Source: an uncultured Phycisphaerales bacterium
GTDB taxonomy: Bacteria > Planctomycetota > Phycisphaerae > Tepidisphaerales > Tepidisphaeraceae
Reading direction: 5' to 3'
Length of the DNA stretch: 64,000 nt
Assembly (NCBI GenBank): GCA_963758525.1
Contig: CAVWVQ010000005.1
Coordinates: forward strand, 1-64,000
Shown: one piece after another, positions 60,407-64,000 of the stretch
Position numbering within the stretch: the first letter of the stretch is position 1
Layout of the letters: each line of letters begins with the position of its first letter
Translations under genes and position numbers: made by a program
Notes under the pieces: generated by a model
The model's database searches: none
What the model was told of the DNA's origin: nothing
The model's input: the letters and a program-made list of their open reading frames with translations, nothing else

Positions 60407-61312
60407 ATGAAGCGCGAAACCCGCCACGTGCCAGTCCTGCTTGACGACGTGCTGCACATTCTGAATCCGCAACCGGGCCAGACGATCGTTGACTGCACGC
60501 TTGGCCTTGGCGGACACTCCGCGGCGCTGTTGGAGCGGCTTGGCGCGAGCGGGCGACTCCTCGGGATCGACTTCGACCCGGCGAACATAGCGCTGGCGCG
60601 GGCGAAACTGCAGAATGCCGGCGGCAACTTCGAGCTGTTTCACAACAACTTTGCCGCACTCCCGACGGTTCTCGCGCAGGCGGGAATCGCCCGGGTGGAC
60701 GCGATATTGGCCGATCTGGGAGTTGCCAGTCCGCAGATCGATGACCCCGAACGGGGGTTTTCGTATCGTCGGCCGGGGCCATTGGACATGCGGATGGACC
60801 CGACACGCGGACAACCGGCTTCGGCGTTGATCAACCGTCTTTCCGCACGCGAGCTGGCCGAGGCGTTTTTGGAACTTGGCGACGAAACCGACGCCCCGGA
60901 GATCGCGAGGCTGATCGTCGATTACCGACGCCATCGGCCCATCACGACCACGCAGCAACTGACGGACATCGTCTGCGAAGCGCGCGACTTTACGCTCGAG
61001 CGCGCCGCCGGCGCGAAGCTTCACCCGGCTGCCCGAACGTTTCAGGCGTTGCGGATTCTCGTCAACCGCGAGCTGGCGAATCTCGATCGGCTTCTTGCCG
61101 TTCTGCCCGATTGCCTGGCTCCCAAAGGAGTCGCGGCGATCATCAGCTTTCACAGCGGCGAAGACCGCCGGGTGAAAGCCGCGTTCCGCGCCGGCCTCGC
61201 GGCAGGGGCCTACTCAGCGATCAGTCCCGATCCAGTCATTGCGGATCTGCCCGAGCAGAAGCTCAACCCGCGATCGCGGTCGGCGAAGCTGCGATGGGCT
61301 CGGGCGCGATAG
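60407..61312 (+). CDS. rsmH: 16S rRNA m4C1402 methyltransferase
   Basis: HVPVL, DCTLGLGGHS, DLGV, LDMRMD, FQALRI.VN.EL, ISFHSGEDR, NPRSRSAKLR. Confidence 0.95.
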   Translation: MKRETRHVPVLLDDVLHILNPQPGQTIVDCTLGLGGHSAALLERLGASGRLLGIDFDPANIALARAKLQNAGGNFELFHNNFAALPTVLAQAGIARVDAILADLGVASPQIDDPERGFSYRRPGPLDMRMDPTRGQPASALINRLSARELAEAFLELGDETDAPEIARLIVDYRRHRPITTTQQLTDIVCEARDFTLERAAGAKLHPAARTFQALRILVNRELANLDRLLAVLPDCLAPKGVAAIISFHSGEDRRVKAAFRAGLAAGAYSAISPDPVIADLPEQKLNPRSRSAKLRWARAR

Positions 61313-61375
61313 AGAAAAATTCGCGATTGCCGGTTGGCGGAACGGAGAATATGGTTGCCGGCTCAGGAGGTTTGT

Positions 61376-61825
61376 ATGGCGGTTCAACCGGTGCCACCCG
61401 GCTTTCACACGATCACGCCGTATTTGATGGTCAAAGAGGGAGCGAAGCTGATCGAATTTTTGGAGAAGGCGCTCGGGGCTCAAGTGGTCAGCGTTTCGAG
61501 AATTCCCGATGGGGCGATCATGCATGCCTCACTGCGGGTCGGTGATTCGATGCTGATGATGAGCGATGCGCGGGGAAATTGGAAAGCCACGCCGGTGTCT
61601 CTCTATCTCTACGTTCCAAACGTGGACGAATTATATCAGCGGGCGATGAACGCCGGCGCGGAATCGATCAATGCGCCGCGCGACGAGTTCTACGGAGATC
61701 GCATGGCTGGAATTGTCGATCCCGACGGGAATACCTGGTGGCTTGCGACGCATGTGGAAGATGTGAGCGAGGATGAGCTTCGACGACGGCAGCAGAAAAT
61801 GTTCAGTACTCGGAAGCCGCAGTAA
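61376..61825 (+). CDS. VOC / PhnB-like glyoxalase family protein
   Basis: GFHTITPYL, IMHA, FYGDR, DPDGNTWW; AGGAGG RBS. Confidence 0.9.
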   Translation: MAVQPVPPGFHTITPYLMVKEGAKLIEFLEKALGAQVVSVSRIPDGAIMHASLRVGDSMLMMSDARGNWKATPVSLYLYVPNVDELYQRAMNAGAESINAPRDEFYGDRMAGIVDPDGNTWWLATHVEDVSEDELRRRQQKMFSTRKPQ

Positions 61826-61875
61826 ATACTGCTTCACGCAATTTGCCGTGCGGTCCGGAGCGATCGGCAAATCCA

Positions 61876-61975
61876 GAACACGAATCGACACGAATTCACA
61901 CGAATCTTCACGAAGCAGATTTTTCTTCGCGTTTATTCGTGCGCATTCGTGCCCCATTCGTGCAGATTCGTGTTC
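61876..61975. repeat. 10-nt periodic CACGAA hairpin
   Basis: CACGAA at 61879, 61889, 61899, 61909; mirrored TTCGTG arm; 11-bp perfect termini. Confidence 0.85.
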
Positions 61976-62028
61976 CGCTTGAGCGATTCGCGGGCAACTG
62001 GAAGATTGAAAGCACGCGTTCCCGCAAG

Positions 62029-63273
62029 TTATTCACTTGCGCCGCCGGCTGCGACAGCATGCATGGGAGTCTCTGGCGACTGCACCGCCGCGGCGAAGCT
62101 GGCGCGGTAGGCGAGGAAGTTGAGCAATGCGAGAAGCGGGACGGCCAGCGCGCCGAGCACGGGGATGATCTGGAAAAAGATGAGAACCAGCAGCAGCAGC
62201 CGCAGGCTCCATCGCAGCAGAAAGCGGCTCTTCAAAGAGAGATATTGCGCAAAGGGAAGCACGAGCACGATGCGGTAGTAGACGATGCCGATGATCAGGC
62301 CCAGCAGCGGAATCAGACCCAGCATGAAACAGACGAGCAGCGCGAGCGGCAGCCGCGCTGCGACATGATTCATATAAGCGTCGGCAAACCCCGGCTTGGC
62401 GAAAGGGCGGGTTCCGCAGGCGGGGCATGGCGCAAAGGGCTGCCGAACCGTGAGGCGTGCGGCGCAAACGGGGCAGCGGCGTTTTTCAACCAGGCGATAC
62501 GCGTGCAACGCGGGGTCGTCGTCGATGCCGGGCAGGGAGCCGCCGAGAAACCCGACGGAACATGGTGATGGCAACGGCGTGTTGCACGCCTGGCAAGCGG
62601 TGGCGCACGGATAAACGAGCTGTCCGCAATGAGCGCAGGCAATTTTGCGTTGCTCTTCCGCGACTTCAATGCGCCGGCGAATCATGAAGAGGAAACCGGT
62701 CGCAATCGCGAGCAGTATCAGCGCGACGATTGGAAAGAGTACGACAAACAGCATTCCCGCCAGCGCCCCGGCGTCTTCCGCCCAACTGATCAGATGGTCC
62801 AGATGGGTGCCTTCGATGTGATCGAAGAGCAGCCGGACGATCTCCCGTCGCACCGCAGCGACCCGCAGCACGCCGATGGCAGTCATGATCGGCGTGAGCA
62901 CATCGGCAACGCTGGCGTGATGAACCGCGGATTGCAGAAAATTGCCATCGGTGGCGCTGAGCACGCCCAGCGTGCTGAGGACGGCGATGCCGGGCTTGAG
63001 ATAGACGTCAAACTCATGAAGAAACTGCCGGGCTTCGGGATTCTTCTGGGCCAGGATTTCCAGAATCGACAGAATGGTCAGCGCGATGAGTGCCGGGTCG
63101 CTGGTGAACCACGGCGGCGCCGATTGGATGTGTGGCAGCAGCCCCCAGTGCCCGACGATGGGAAGATGCCCTCCAAAGCGGATCAGCAGCGCCGTCAGCA
63201 GGGCCGGGAGAAAGACGCGGGAAGAGAACGGCCCGATCGCGCCGATGCCGTAGAGAAGGGCTGAGGGATTCAT
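62029..63273 (-). CDS. DUF4126-like membrane protein with internal zinc ribbons
   Basis: Hydrophobic N-domain (SRVFLP, LEILA, SWAED) followed by four CxxC motifs and C-terminal TM helices. Confidence 0.7.
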   Translation of the reverse strand: MNPSALLYGIGAIGPFSSRVFLPALLTALLIRFGGHLPIVGHWGLLPHIQSAPPWFTSDPALIALTILSILEILAQKNPEARQFLHEFDVYLKPGIAVLSTLGVLSATDGNFLQSAVHHASVADVLTPIMTAIGVLRVAAVRREIVRLLFDHIEGTHLDHLISWAEDAGALAGMLFVVLFPIVALILLAIATGFLFMIRRRIEVAEEQRKIACAHCGQLVYPCATACQACNTPLPSPCSVGFLGGSLPGIDDDPALHAYRLVEKRRCPVCAARLTVRQPFAPCPACGTRPFAKPGFADAYMNHVAARLPLALLVCFMLGLIPLLGLIIGIVYYRIVLVLPFAQYLSLKSRFLLRWSLRLLLLVLIFFQIIPVLGALAVPLLALLNFLAYRASFAAAVQSPETPMHAVAAGGASE

Positions 63274-63362
63274 CGGCTCGGAGAATACCGGATAAGATGG
63301 ACGATCGCATGTGGCAGGCTCGCTCGGGTGGCTGCACAACGCACAGCACGGAAAAAATTAAG

Positions 63363-63500
63363 AGCCGCGAAGCAGCGAAGGCGCGAAGACAGCCGCGAAG
63401 AAGAAAAGCCGGAGACGATCAGGCATGTCTTGAGGGTTCCACGGTCTTCAAAAACAGTGTTCCTTCGCTTCTGTCTTCGCTGCTTCGCGCCTTCGCGGCT
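63363..63500. repeat. 8-nt periodic GCGAAG hairpin
   Basis: GCGAAG spaced 8,8,12; mirrored CTTCGC spaced 12,8,8; 10-bp perfect termini. Confidence 0.85.
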
Positions 63501-64000
63501 TCTCTTTCTTTGCCGAAATCGCCGGAGAAAAAGGGCAAAAACAAGAACCGTCAACATTTTTTCGCGGTGGCGAACGGGAACGCAGCGAACGCTTTCCCGA
63601 GCGGCTTGTCAGTTGCAAGGCAATGGACGTAATAGGTTTGCGAATGAATGGTCCGGACATCGCCGCTGCATTGCTCTCCGTGATGATCTCGGATGCCGGC
63701 GAAACGCGTGATACGAATCCGTTGACTTTGCCGATGGTTTTTTTAGAGTGCGATCCATCGGACCGGTTCAACTGGTCTGACGAATCAATCGGCCTTCGGT
63801 ATGGATGCCGCGGGTCGTGAGATGAACGAATGGGCCAGGGATGGCCTCCCGCCTCAAATCGGCTTGCCGTCCCTGATGATTAATCTTGACGTCGTGTGCT
63901 GCTCGCGTTTTTGCGCGGACTTGGGGATTCGTTGGAGCAAGCGGCGGCGTCGGGTGTCGGGGTGCTGTATGTCCAGAAATCCGGTGCTTGATCTGCCTTT

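Noticed and set aside
63540..64000. Terminal non-coding stretch as ncRNA or gene
   Set aside because: No recognisable tRNA, riboswitch or protein motif; truncated by the window edge.

Overview
GC-rich bacterial window, almost certainly Planctomycetota (DUF1501, PSD1/planctomycete cytochrome c and PVC-type CxxCH proteins; class Phycisphaerae is an inference). It holds housekeeping genes (mutL, ispH, miaB, purN, ileS, rsmH, dacB, RluA-family, RNase HI-family, acylphosphatase), a sugar ABC transporter, AraC and Fur regulators, a left-end toxin-antitoxin/nuclease patch, a decayed second vapBC and a REP-associated tyrosine transposase (RAYT). About 15 otherwise intact genes carry small indels, most likely long-read assembly errors, so split ORFs are joined below. 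The most unusual signals are: (1) an unannotated 35-codon SEC-C peptide with an in-frame TGA at a conserved Cys (candidate selenoprotein); (2) a GxxExxY nuclease bracketed by two hairpins built from 9-nt periodic repeats, with many solo 7-10-nt periodic hairpins elsewhere, some nested inside each other (candidate nuclease plus MITE system analogous to RAYT/REP); (3) a three-gene type II PKS/FAS-like cluster with ACP-dehydratase and KS-CLF fusions plus an acyltransferase; (4) a dispersed palindrome inserted in frame inside ileS. No rRNA, tRNA or CRISPR array was recognised. All family assignments come from motif recognition, not database searches.
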